A stretch of 64,000 nucleotides of DNA from Nitrospirota bacterium (GTDB lineage: Bacteria; Nitrospirota; Thermodesulfovibrionia; Thermodesulfovibrionales; UBA9159), in NCBI GenBank assembly GCA_963699545.1, contig CAVOUE010000005.1, positions 448,001 through 512,000 of the forward strand. Reading direction: 5' to 3'. Both the position numbers and the translations under genes were made by a program. Of this stretch, positions 27,239 through 37,406 are shown piece after piece. A model generated the notes under the pieces. The model saw nothing but the letters and a program-made list of their open reading frames with translations. It ran no database searches and had not been told where the DNA came from. The first letter of the stretch is position 1. The number at the start of each line of letters is the position of its first letter.

Positions 27239-27487
27239 CACAAGGCCGGAGAACGCACACGTCGTGAGCTCTTATTTGATCTTGGAGAGGGTTAGGTTTG
27301 CGATTGAAATCCTCACTCCGCCAAAGCACATCAGGACGCTGAGTTACAGGAAGAAAGAGTGCACTCTTCGACGAATGTCCCGCTATTTCGACATGATAGT
27401 ATCTCCATCGACAACGCGTGAAGCTGGATGTCCACGCCATTCGAAGCATACAGCGTGCTGAGGTCGATCTATTGCTCTTTCACAGAC

Positions 27488-27781
27488 TCAAGGCAGCTTC
27501 TTGACAGCCGCCGCGAATTCCTCCTTTGTGAACGCCCTGAGTGTGACTGTCTTTACATTTCCAACTGCTCCAATGCTAAGCAATTGCAGTAAACCAGCTT
27601 CGTCACTTGGAACGTCTGCGATCGCCACATAATCGTATTGACCCAGTACCGTATAGAAGTCAATCATCTTTCCACCTGCAGCTTCCAGTGCCTTGGCAGC
27701 TTCTTGGATTCGTGTTGGTCCTTCTTTGATATTCTTGGCGCCCTGTTCCGTTAAGTTCATCAGAATTATGTATCTCGGCAT
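27488..27781 (-). CDS. GYD domain protein
   Basis: MPRYIILMNLTEQG...YTVLGQYD...GNVKTVTLRAF. Confidence 0.88.
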   Translation of the reverse strand: MPRYIILMNLTEQGAKNIKEGPTRIQEAAKALEAAGGKMIDFYTVLGQYDYVAIADVPSDEAGLLQLLSIGAVGNVKTVTLRAFTKEEFAAAVKKLP

Positions 27782-27837
27782 AATCTCACCTCCTTGTTCT
27801 GTGCCCGCAATTCACCGAAAAAAACCTACCTCATCAA

Positions 27838-27932
27838 AAGGTTCGTCCTTCGGCAACTCGGCCGTCTCTCTCTGTAGACCCGCCGCTTTCCGCCCCTTCC
27901 TCGCGAAAGGTTTGGCTTTATCGGGAACCTTT
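27838..27932 (-). ncRNA. Cyclic di-GMP-I (GEMM) riboswitch upstream of the GYD gene
   Basis: Minus strand CGATAAAGCCAAACCTTTC-GCGA-GGAAGGGGCGGAAAGCGGCGGGTCTA...GACGGCCGAGTTGCCGAA: GNRA-capped P2, AAAG junction, P3. Confidence 0.88.
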
Positions 27933-28772
27933 CCCTCTTAATTACCTTTTATCATAAAAAATGCGTCTGTCAAGTTGTCATTCTAGGGTTCTAAGATCAA
28001 TATCATAAGGCTACTTGCCCAATTGATTCCATTTGAAATAGGTACTCGCAATTTGGAGGTCTAAGGTTTTTGGTTCAGGAAGGACACTTGCGTATAGCCC
28101 TTCTTTCATTCACGTTGCGTCTTTCGCCCCATACAGAGAAGTTACTTTCGTGTCTCAGGCAGCCATCACAACCAGAAGCAGGCCCATCATGCTGCTTTCT
28201 GTCCCCCTCACGAAGGGTTAGACTTCTCTCCTTTCGCGCGTCAGCGTTGTCATCTCTGCCATGAGGACATCGACAGACCTCTTGATCGACGTCGGATGCT
28301 TTAGTTGCTCCATCAGAGCCCGGAGACTTTATTCTTTTGGGGTTATCACACCTTTCAGGCGTACAATCGGGTGTTTTCCCGTGCCGGACGATAATTTATT
28401 TGAATATATTGAAGCCTTTTCGAAGAGGCTGACCGTGGCACAGAACCTGCTAGCTCATCTGCATATTTCTGATGGCAAGGAGGTCAGATGGGAAAGTGCG
28501 CAGACTGTATCTTCTTTCTTCCTCATAAGTGCAATGGTTTCAATTGCGGTTATCTTTATAAGAGAGTGGGTGAAAGGGACAGGTGCTGCTGTTATTTCAG
28601 ATCTGTCGATACGTCAGCGAATACCGGGTAGTATTGAATTCCCTTGCCCGACCGGTCACAGGTATGCCTTCAGCCTTCCGGTGTTGACCACGGCATCCCC
28701 TTCGTTGCATAATTATCCTTGTGGAGTCTGTGTGTCCCAACTGTCCATACGGTACATTAGCGGGAGGGTGAT

Positions 28773-29081
28773 ATGAGAACATTCATGGTGGTCGTTTTGT
28801 CATTTGCCATGTCTCTGCTCTTCTGTCCGCCGTCACTTGCCCTTGAGTGCTACACGGACCTGGATTGTACCATGGGCAACCGGTGCGTGAAGCAGGAATA
28901 TGAAGAGAAAGGCACCTGCCGTGAAGGCAGCCGGCAATTGAACCCAGGCCAGAACTATAGGCCGGATCCTGAGAGGCCTCAAGGGGACACAAAGGGCAAG
29001 ATGTGCTGGAGCAACAAGGACTGTGAGTCCGGATTGGAATGTATCATGAAATCGGGGCAGATGTACGGGATCTGCCGGTAA
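28773..29081 (+). CDS. Secreted Cys-rich protein with two CxxxxDCxxGxxC modules
   Basis: Signal peptide, CYTDLDCTMGNRC and CWSNKDCESGLEC. Confidence 0.75.
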   Translation: MRTFMVVVLSFAMSLLFCPPSLALECYTDLDCTMGNRCVKQEYEEKGTCREGSRQLNPGQNYRPDPERPQGDTKGKMCWSNKDCESGLECIMKSGQMYGICR

Positions 29082-29097
29082 TGCTCAGGATACCTTC

Positions 29098-30219
29098 ATG
29101 GACACCATCGAAAAGCTGAAGGTACTGTCCGAAGATTCGCAGTATGACCTGGCCTGCGCATGCGGCACAAGGAACGACGACCGGCGCAAGCGGGGGCTGG
29201 ACGGCAGATGGCTCTATCCGGTCGCCCTGCCCAGGGGCGGATACTCCGTCCTTCTGAAGACGCTGCTTTCAAACTCCTGCTCGAACGACTGCAAATACTG
29301 CCCCCTTCGTTCAGATACGGACACGAGGCGATGCACCCTTCAGCCGGAAGAAGTCGCACGGGTCTTTATGGATTATCACAGAAGGAAAAAGGTCTTCGGC
29401 CTTTTCCTGAGTTCCTCCGTGATACAGAACGCCGACCACACCATGGACAAGATCAATACGGTTGCCCGCCTCCTCAGGACCAGGCACGATTTCAGGGGGT
29501 ATATACACCTGAAGGTCATTCCGGGAGCTTCGGATGCAGCCGTCGAGGACGCCCTCTCCCTTGCAAGCGCCGTGTCACTGAACATCGAGACGCCGGGGAA
29601 GAAACATTTTTCTCTGCTCTCGAACAAAAAGGACTTCGACAGGGACATCCTCCGTCCCCTCAGGCTGATGGGCAGGCTCACCGGGAAGGGCATGAGGTTT
29701 TCGGGGGTAAAATGCACGACTCAGTTCGTCGTGGGAGCCTCTGACGAGACGGATTCAGAGATCACGGAAACTATGTTCGGTCTTTACAGGCGCATGAACT
29801 TCAAACGCGTTTATTTTTCTGCTTACCAGAAAGGGCTCGGGCATCCCGACATCCCCGGTGAAAAGAAGTTCCTCCGAAACGCGGGGGAGGCCTTTCTGCG
29901 TGAGCACCGTTTATACCAGGTTGATTTTCTCATCCGCAGATACGGTTTTGACAAAGAGGACATCATCTTCGGCAACGACAACAATCTGAGCCTGGACAGG
30001 GACCCAAAAGAAGTCTGGGCTGAGCGCCATCCGGAGTGGTATCCGGTCAGGCTCAATACATCCGAGAGGGACGTGCTCTTGAAAGTGCCGGGTCTGGGCC
30101 CGGAGACCGCAGCAAGGATACTGAAGATGCGGCGGGAGAAAAGGATCTCCCGCCTGGAGGATTTGGGACTGAAGGGGAAAAGACTCGACAAGATCAGAGA
30201 CTACGTGATCTTCGAGTGA
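29098..30219 (+). CDS. Putative DNA modification/repair radical SAM protein with HhH (TIGR03916-like)
   Basis: YDLACA, CSNDCKYC, YIHLKVIPG, REHRLYQVDFLIR, LLKVPGLG. Confidence 0.88.
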   Translation: MDTIEKLKVLSEDSQYDLACACGTRNDDRRKRGLDGRWLYPVALPRGGYSVLLKTLLSNSCSNDCKYCPLRSDTDTRRCTLQPEEVARVFMDYHRRKKVFGLFLSSSVIQNADHTMDKINTVARLLRTRHDFRGYIHLKVIPGASDAAVEDALSLASAVSLNIETPGKKHFSLLSNKKDFDRDILRPLRLMGRLTGKGMRFSGVKCTTQFVVGASDETDSEITETMFGLYRRMNFKRVYFSAYQKGLGHPDIPGEKKFLRNAGEAFLREHRLYQVDFLIRRYGFDKEDIIFGNDNNLSLDRDPKEVWAERHPEWYPVRLNTSERDVLLKVPGLGPETAARILKMRREKRISRLEDLGLKGKRLDKIRDYVIFE

Positions 30220-30284
30220 GTGCCCTCCGCTCTTTTCCTGCATGAAACGCCGGCCCCGGCTGATCAGGCCCTCGACGCGTTTCT

Positions 30285-31046
30285 TTATCTCTTGCCCGGT
30301 TTCGTTTTTTTTCGGGAAACAGCCTTCTTTCTCGCCAGAGGTTTTGTCGGTACCGCCTTCTTTTTCACGCCCGTCTTCTTTGCGACCGCCGCGCGCGGAG
30401 CGGACTTCGTCCCTTTTCCTCGGGCGGTTTTTCCTGTCGTTTTCTTCACCGCCTTTTTCAAGGCCTTCCCGGCTGCCGTCTTTGCCTTTCCGGTCTTTTC
30501 CTTTTTCTTCTTCACGGCGCCCTTCCCGCTTTCCGTCTTCTTCCGGACAGGAGGCCTGACCGCCTTCTTTGGCGTCTTCTTTCCTGTTGCCTTTTTCTTC
30601 CCGGAGGCCTTGGAGCTGACAGCAGCTCCGCTCCTGGGCTCTTCAAATACCGCGGACTTCCCTGAGGTTCTTTCGGGGATGAGGGGCGGCCGTTCCTTCC
30701 CTACTGAAACAGGATGGGATTCCTTCCGGACAAGATGCCCGCCTCCTTCATATATGCCGAGGATATCTTCTTCCCTGACAAGGGTGACCTTCCTGCCCTC
30801 AACTTCCACGTCCTTTGCCATAAAGTCGGTGAACACAACCCGCTCCCCGGGTTTAACAACGGTCGGAACGAATTTTCCCTTCTTCCTTTCGCCCTGGGCG
30901 CTGTATTTCCCGGGACCGATGGCCTCGACAACGCCATCCGCAGGTTTCTCCCTTGCCATAACAGGAATGATGATTCCTCCGGCGGTCTTTTCTTCTGAGT
31001 CGACTCTGTTGATCACTGCCCAATCATGAAGCGGTCGTATCTTCAT
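30285..31046 (-). CDS. groES: GroES-family co-chaperonin fused to a Lys/Ala-rich histone-H1-like tail
   Basis: MKIRPLHDW...EEKTAGGIIIP...REEDILG, then ~150 aa low-complexity basic tail. Confidence 0.8.
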   Translation of the reverse strand: MKIRPLHDWAVINRVDSEEKTAGGIIIPVMAREKPADGVVEAIGPGKYSAQGERKKGKFVPTVVKPGERVVFTDFMAKDVEVEGRKVTLVREEDILGIYEGGGHLVRKESHPVSVGKERPPLIPERTSGKSAVFEEPRSGAAVSSKASGKKKATGKKTPKKAVRPPVRKKTESGKGAVKKKKEKTGKAKTAAGKALKKAVKKTTGKTARGKGTKSAPRAAVAKKTGVKKKAVPTKPLARKKAVSRKKTKPGKR

Positions 31047-31247
31047 CTCTGATGCCCTCCTGAACAAAGTATACCGTATGAGTAATTATACTGCATCCCG
31101 GACCGGGGGGAAAGGTTCCCCGGGAAAGGACAGGCAGCCTGCAAAGAATCGAACGCAAGTAACGATCTGGGATGTGTGCGTTCAGGATTGTCAGAAAGGA
31201 CGGGGACGTAACGAGCACATTCTCTGGAGAAAAATCCGCTTCCGGGA

Positions 31248-32840
31248 TTATTTGGCTTTTGCTTTCCTTTGATTGGCAGGCTGGACCCGCACCCGTCTGC
31301 CGTGAAGCATCATATCGTTGAGGGAGCTGATGACCCTGTCAGCAAGGTTGGCGGGCACTTCCACGAAACTGAAGGCATCAAAGATAGCGATATTGCCGAT
31401 TTTCTTGCCCGGGATATTGGTTCCTTCCGAGATGGACCTTACAAGGTCGCCCACTTTTATTTTGTCCTTTTTGCCGATGGTAAGAAAGAGCCTTACCGTT
31501 CCCGTACCGGAAGAGAGGCCTGCCCTCCCCCGTTCTTCGATATCAGCCACTTCCAGGTCCCCCGCTATGAGACTGAGGGCAGCTGCAGCAACGTCCTGAG
31601 GTGAATACCGTTGGAAAAGTTCACCGGCCAGGGAGAGGTGACCGCTATGGTTCCCGGCTGCGATTATGCCCTCGATGTCGTCAATGAGTTCCTTTTCCCT
31701 CGCCTTCTTCACCTCTTCTTTTGTGGGTAACTTTGCCTTGCTTATGACGGTCTTTGCAGACCTCTCGATCAGCCTCAGCTGGTTGTATTCCCGGGGGGTC
31801 ACAAAGGTTATGGCGATGCCTGATTTCCCTGCCCTCCCGGTCCTGCCTATCCTGTGGATATAACCGTCGGGGTTCTGGGGAATGCTGTAGTTGATAACGT
31901 GCGTCACGTCGGGGATATCCAGCCCCCTTGCTGCCACATCGGTAGCCACAAGGATATCGATCTCCCCGCTCTTGAACTTATCCATCATCTCATCCCTGAA
32001 AGACTGGGTGAAATCGCCGTGTATGGCCCCTGCGCTATAGCCCATCTGCTGGAGCTTTCCTGATACGTCATCCACATCTCTTTTTGTATGGCAAAAGACA
32101 AGTGTCAACGAGGGGTCTTCCACATCCAGCAGTCTCGTCAACGCATTGATCTTGTCTTCCTCCCTCACCTCATAGAACACCTGCTTGATCTTCGCAACGA
32201 CCATCTTCTTGGGATCCACGAAGACCTTCTCAGGCTCATGCATATATTTACGGGAGATGCGGAGAATCTCCTCGGGCATGGTGGCGGAAAAGAGCATGGT
32301 CTGCCGCTCCTTCGGGATCTCTCCCAGTATCCTTTCCATGTCTTCAATAAAACCCATATTCAGCATCTCGTCGGCCTCATCAAGAACGACCGTTGTTATA
32401 TCCTTGAGGATAAGGGTCTTCCTCTGTATATGGTCGATCACACGTCCGGGAGTACCCACCACCACATCAACCCCTTTTTGGAGGCCCCTGAACTGCCGCT
32501 CTATCGACTGGCCGCCGTAGACCGGCAGGGATACAACACCCTTGTTTCTGCCGATCCTGTTCAACTCCTGAGCCACCTGGACCGCAAGCTCACGGGTCGG
32601 GGCAAGGACAATGGCAAAAGGGTTTTTCCCCTTACCCCTCCTGCCCTTCTCAATGATCGGTATTCCGAACGCAGCGGTCTTTCCGGTCCCCGTCTGTGCC
32701 AGTCCAATAATGTCGCGCCCCTTAAGGGCATGACTGATGGCGATCTTCTGTATCGGGGTAGGCTCTTCAAATCCCATGTCGGAAAGGGCCTTCAGCACCT
32801 CGTCCGAAAGTCCGAAGTCATAAAATTTCTTATACTCCAT
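31248..32840 (-). CDS. deaD: DEAD-box RNA helicase with DbpA-type RNA-binding domain
   Basis: AQTGTGKT, PTRELA, DEAD, SAT, HRIGRTGRAG. Confidence 0.95.
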   Translation of the reverse strand: MEYKKFYDFGLSDEVLKALSDMGFEEPTPIQKIAISHALKGRDIIGLAQTGTGKTAAFGIPIIEKGRRGKGKNPFAIVLAPTRELAVQVAQELNRIGRNKGVVSLPVYGGQSIERQFRGLQKGVDVVVGTPGRVIDHIQRKTLILKDITTVVLDEADEMLNMGFIEDMERILGEIPKERQTMLFSATMPEEILRISRKYMHEPEKVFVDPKKMVVAKIKQVFYEVREEDKINALTRLLDVEDPSLTLVFCHTKRDVDDVSGKLQQMGYSAGAIHGDFTQSFRDEMMDKFKSGEIDILVATDVAARGLDIPDVTHVINYSIPQNPDGYIHRIGRTGRAGKSGIAITFVTPREYNQLRLIERSAKTVISKAKLPTKEEVKKAREKELIDDIEGIIAAGNHSGHLSLAGELFQRYSPQDVAAAALSLIAGDLEVADIEERGRAGLSSGTGTVRLFLTIGKKDKIKVGDLVRSISEGTNIPGKKIGNIAIFDAFSFVEVPANLADRVISSLNDMMLHGRRVRVQPANQRKAKAK

Positions 32841-32948
32841 GCCTCTCCTGTTCTTCTTCGTGTATCATTCCGGTTTCATTGAAAATGAATATGCTGCAGA
32901 TATGAGGGATGCTCACAGCGGACAATTGACGGGACCGTGCGTCCCGGC

Positions 32949-33155
32949 CTAACTGACGGGTCTGTTCTGCCTTGCCTGTCGTGCGGACCTGGCTCTCCTC
33001 TTCCGTGCCTCCCTCTGCTTCGATTTCTCCTTGACAGAGGGTTTCTCATAGAAACGCCTTTTCTTGAGCTCCTTGAGAAGGCCGTCCTTCTGGAGTTGCC
33101 GTTTGAGTAATTTTAGCGCCTTTTCGACGTCATTGCCGTTTACCCTTATCTCCAA
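32949..33155 (-). CDS. rpsU: 30S ribosomal protein S21
   Basis: VEKALKLLKR...RRFYEKPS; TTG start. Confidence 0.93.
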   Translation of the reverse strand: MEIRVNGNDVEKALKLLKRQLQKDGLLKELKKRRFYEKPSVKEKSKQREARKRRARSARQARQNRPVS

Positions 33156-33442
33156 TTACCTGGTTTCCTTCCTCCCCTGCTCTCGTTCCGGTCCTTCTGG
33201 GGCCTCGCCTCGCTCACGGTCAGGGCTCTGTCCATAAGGGTGGTTCCGTTGAGACTGGAAATCGCTTTTTCACCCTCTTCATCGGAAGCCATCTCCACAA
33301 AACCGAACCCCTTTGAGCGGCCCGTGGCAGTGTCGGTGATTATCTTCACGGACTGAACCTCTCCGTTCTGCGCAAAGAGCTCTTTCAGTGTCTCTTCATC
33401 TACCTTGTAGGAAAGGTTCCCCACATAGATCTTTTTCGCCAT
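33146..33442 (-). CDS. RRM RNA-binding protein
   Basis: IYVGNLS (RNP2), KGFGFVEM (RNP1). Confidence 0.95.
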   Translation of the reverse strand: MAKKIYVGNLSYKVDEETLKELFAQNGEVQSVKIITDTATGRSKGFGFVEMASDEEGEKAISSLNGTTLMDRALTVSEARPQKDRNESRGGRKPGNWR

Positions 33443-33487
33443 CTTCTCCTCCTTCTCGATAAAGCGCTTCATGCGCCCTATGCAAAT

Positions 33488-33523
33488 AAAAAAGGCCGCA
33501 TTGTTAAAAGTTCTTGCGGCCTT
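33488..33523 (-). terminator. Terminator-like hairpin in the leader of the RRM-rpsU-deaD operon
   Basis: Minus strand AAGGCCGCA...TGCGGCC-TTTTT, ~45 nt before the RRM start and downstream of a TTGACA. Confidence 0.6.
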
Positions 33524-33747
33524 CATCTGACAAAAACTTCCAAGCTGCTCTACTTTGCCACAGGATAACAGGAAATGTCAAACGTTATTTTCCCCCTGCC
33601 GCAGGCAAGCGCCCTCTGCGCACCAGCTTGAGCCCTTCAAACCACAGGATGCTCCCGATGCCTCCGGCAGGACACCGCACATTATTGACTCTTAGGAATA
33701 TTCCTGATAAAGTTAAAGGAAGAAAGACCTTCAGAAAGGAGAATATC

Positions 33748-34089
33748 ATGAGTGATGATACTAAAGCCATTGCCGGTGCATTCTTACTGGGAGGAATGAT
33801 CGGTGCGGGCATCGCCCTCCTCTATGCTCCCAAGTCAGGCCGTGAAACGAGAAGGGATATATCCAAGGCTGCCCGACGCGTACAACGTGATGCGGTGGAG
33901 CTGGTGGAGGATACGATACAGAGCGTGGACGAATTCGTGGGCACGGTGAAGGACCAGGCTTCGGACATCATCGAGAGGGGCGTTGAGCTTTCAGACAGTG
34001 CCAAGAAGGAAGTGATAAAATCCCTGGAGTACGGACAGAAGGTCATGGAGAAGCAGAAGAAGAGGATCATGGAGGGTCTCGGTCTTTAA
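33748..34089 (+). CDS. YtxH domain protein
   Basis: FLLGGMIGAGIALLYAPKSGRETR. Confidence 0.9.
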   Translation: MSDDTKAIAGAFLLGGMIGAGIALLYAPKSGRETRRDISKAARRVQRDAVELVEDTIQSVDEFVGTVKDQASDIIERGVELSDSAKKEVIKSLEYGQKVMEKQKKRIMEGLGL

Positions 34090-34104
34090 ATTTGATCTGA
34101 CGCG

Positions 34105-36474
34105 TTGATGATAGCGGAAAACACCCTCAATCTCCTTGAGTTTCCGAAACTCCTCCGGATAATCTCGACCTTTTCCCACTGCGATGCCTCGGGAAAAGCG
34201 GTACTTGATATCTTTCCCCTTAGTGAGCGGGAGGAGATAGAGACGAGGCTCGGTCGGATAGCCGAGATCAGGAGGATATCTCACGAGGGGAGTCCTCTTA
34301 AGCTCTCGCAATTCTCGGATGTCGCTCCCCTCCTCCGTACGATAAGGCCTGCTGGTGCTGTCCTTGAGTCAAGGGAACTTTCTGCCTTCAGGCCCTTCCT
34401 CGACATCGTGCATGACATATCCTCGCAAATGAAGGAGCAGGAAACCCTTCCCTTTCTCATGGAACTCACAAGGTACCTCACCGGCTTTCCTCATATCCTC
34501 GCCCTTCTCAAGAAGTCTATTGACAGCGAAGGCACTATCCTTGACAGCGCCTCTTTGGCCCTTTCTGAACTGAGGGGACAGGTGAGACGTCTCGCAGGGA
34601 GGATAACAAGGAAGCTGGAGGAGATGACGAGGGACGAACGGATCTCGGTCTTCCTCCAGGACAGCTTCATCAGCGAACGGTCGGGACGGTGGGTCATTCC
34701 GGTCAGGATGGACTCCAAGGGACAGGTGCCGGGCGTGGTCCACGACATCTCACGATCAGGAGAGACCGCATTCATCGAACCCCTTGCCGTCATCAGCCTT
34801 TCCAATGAGCTGGAGAACCTCATCGCTGAGCAGAAGGCCGAGGAGATACGCATCCTCAGGGATATCTGTTCCCAGATACGTGCCGTGGCTGATGACATGG
34901 ATGTCCAGCATGGGATCCTCGTTCACCTCGATCTCCTGAACTGCATTGCGCGCTTTGCCGATGAGCTTCACATGGAGAAGCCCGAGATCAATGATGCAGG
35001 TTTTGTCCGTCTCGCGAACGGCCGCCATCCCCTTCTCATGCTCAGCTTCCGGAGGTCGGATGCCGCACAGGAAGTGGTCCCCCTTGATGTTCATCTGGGA
35101 GAGGAAACCACGGTGATGGTGATTACCGGCTCGAATGCAGGTGGGAAGACCATCGCCATTAAGACGATCGGCCTGCTCCAGCTCATGGCCCTGTCGGGCA
35201 TGCCTGTTGCTGCGGACTCTTCATCCAGCTTTCCGCTCATCCATAATCTCCTCATCGACATCGGAGATGAACAGTCCATCGAGAATAACCTCTCCACCTT
35301 CTCGGCCCACGTATCGAATATCTCTTCGATCCTGAAGAAGGCGGATGCCGGATCCCTCGTCCTCATCGATGAGCTCGGCACCGGCACCGATCCTGAAGAA
35401 GGGGCTGCCCTCGCCTGCGCTGTCCTGAAGGAGATACGGAGCAAAGGCGCTCTTCTCTTCGCCACCACCCATCTGACGGACATAAAGGGATTCGTGCACA
35501 GGACAGAGGGCATGATCAACGCCTCAATGGAATTCGACCGGAACACCCTCACCCCACTTTATCGGTTGCGGGTGGGAGAGCCCGGTCAGTCACACGCCCT
35601 GGAGATAGCAAGGAAATACGGCCTGCCTGACACGATCATCGACTCCGCAAAGGCGATGCTGGGGGGCATCCGGGTGGAGTTCGACAACCTGATCGCAGAC
35701 CTGAATGCAAAGAGGACGCAATATGAAAATGCCCTTGGTAAACTCAGGAAACAACAGAGGGAGTCGGACGAACAAGGCAGGGTGCTGGAACTGCGGTTGA
35801 AAGAGGCAGAGGCCCGGCAGAAGGAGCTGCTTGCAAAGGCGTACAGAGACTCTTCTGAGATAATCTCCGGGACAAAGAGGCAGATGAATGCGCTGCTGGA
35901 AGAGATCAGAAAAAAAGGCAGGGAAAAGAGCCGTGAGGTCATGAAGCGGGTCGAGGCAAAGCAGGAAGAGGTGTGCAGAAGCTCAGGGAATATGACGTCG
36001 CTGATCATGGTGCTCCTTCCCTGTCAGACCTAAAGAAAGGGGACATCGTATTTGTGAGGTCCTTCGGCTATGACGCATCCGTGATGGAAGTGGATGCGAA
36101 GCATAATCGCCTCAGAGTGAGGTCCGGGAGCGTGGAGATCGAAATTCCTGCGGCTGATATAGGATTCAGGAGGGGGAAGTCCGCCGAGACAAAGGGAGGA
36201 ACGGTAACCCTCGGAGCAGGGAGATGATACGCTTTCATCCCGGCTGAACCTGGTGGGAATGAGAGTGGATGAGTCGCTTTCAAAACTGGAACCGTTCCTG
36301 AACCACGCGTCACTGGCCGGACTCTCAGAGGTCACCATCATCCACGGCTTCGGGACCGGCGTTCTTGCAAAGACGGTACGCGAGCACCTCGACAACCACC
36401 CTCTCGTAAAGCACTTCAGAAAGGGAGAGCAGTCCGAAGGCGGGGCAGGAGTGACGGTGGCGACACTGGTGTGA
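34105..36474 (+). pseudogene. mutS2: Endonuclease MutS2, split by two frameshifts (~35973, ~36220); possibly assembly error
   Basis: ITGSNAGGKT, DIGDEQSIE, DELGTGTDP in ORF 1; KOW segment in 35973-36227; Smr domain IIHGFGTG in 36253-36474. Confidence 0.88.
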
Positions 36475-36602
36475 TTGAAAAATCAAAGATTATATATTTA
36501 TGAGACTTGTTGCCAGTTAAACTAAGCAATCGAAATCTTGTTCTTCACAAACTCCTGATACGCATATGAAGTCCAACAATGCCGAGGAAGTGCCTATCTC
36601 TT

Positions 36603-37394
36603 TTAGAATAAAGCTCCCCCAGCCATCCAAATCCCCCATGTGATGAGCAAAAGACCGGCGATACGGCTTACCCAATAACCTGCAGGGACAATTTTCTCAA
36701 GAAGGACGAAGACAGTGATAATGGCCATCCACAGGAGGTTCATCAGTCCTGTTACAAACAAAAGACTCATCAGAAGCCAGCAGCACCCAATGCAGTAAAT
36801 ACCATGCCTGAGGCCCATAATGAGGGCACCTCGTGTTCCCTCCCGCCATTCATTCATAAGAAACCCCAGAGGTGAGCGGCAGCGAGTGAGACAGGCATAC
36901 TTGAGGGGAGACCACTGAAATACCCCGGCGGCAAAAAGGAAAGCCCCTCCCAGAACAGGATTATTGATCACCAACATATGGGAAAGTAAGGTTGCAGTCT
37001 GGAACCCCCATTGTACCAGGGTGGCAAGAGCACTGAATACCGTCCAAGCCACCAAATAACCCGCAAGGAACGTCCCCGTCGATACAAAAGGATCTTGTTC
37101 TTTGCGTCGCTCCCGATTGATGGTAGCAAACAACAAGATGAGTGGCGACGCAGAGGGGATCATCATGGCAGCCATCATAACTGCCCACATGACGAATGTC
37201 AGGACAAGATTCAAGGGATCCCACGCATGGATATGGGGCTCCGCCATCGCCATCCCCATATCCATGTTCTTCTCCCGCAATGCACTACTGAACATATATG
37301 TCCAGGACAACACCGTAATCCCCGCAAGACCGAGCACAATAATGGCACGATCTCTCTTCTGCAGTGACTCTTTCAACGGTTTCTCGTTCATCAT
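36603..37394 (-). CDS. DUF2182 predicted metal-binding membrane protein
   Basis: WAVMMAAMMIPS, YQ/FQWSPLKYACL-type motif, CIGCCWLLM, LLEK. Confidence 0.9.
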   Translation of the reverse strand: MMNEKPLKESLQKRDRAIIVLGLAGITVLSWTYMFSSALREKNMDMGMAMAEPHIHAWDPLNLVLTFVMWAVMMAAMMIPSASPLILLFATINRERRKEQDPFVSTGTFLAGYLVAWTVFSALATLVQWGFQTATLLSHMLVINNPVLGGAFLFAAGVFQWSPLKYACLTRCRSPLGFLMNEWREGTRGALIMGLRHGIYCIGCCWLLMSLLFVTGLMNLLWMAIITVFVLLEKIVPAGYWVSRIAGLLLITWGIWMAGGALF

Positions 37395-37406
37395 GAGATG
37401 TCCCTC

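Noticed and set aside
28070-28770. ORFs at 28070, 28261 and 28597
   Set aside because: No motifs or clear RBS. The minus strand may hold a stop-riddled gene remnant, but I cannot assign it.
30220-31029. 269-aa Phe-rich plus-strand ORF
   Set aside because: Reverse complement of the Lys-rich GroES tail (AAG/AAA read as CTT/TTT).
35965-36225. Programmed frameshifting in mutS2
   Set aside because: No slippery heptamer at either site, and similar indels in gltA and uvrA point to error or decay.
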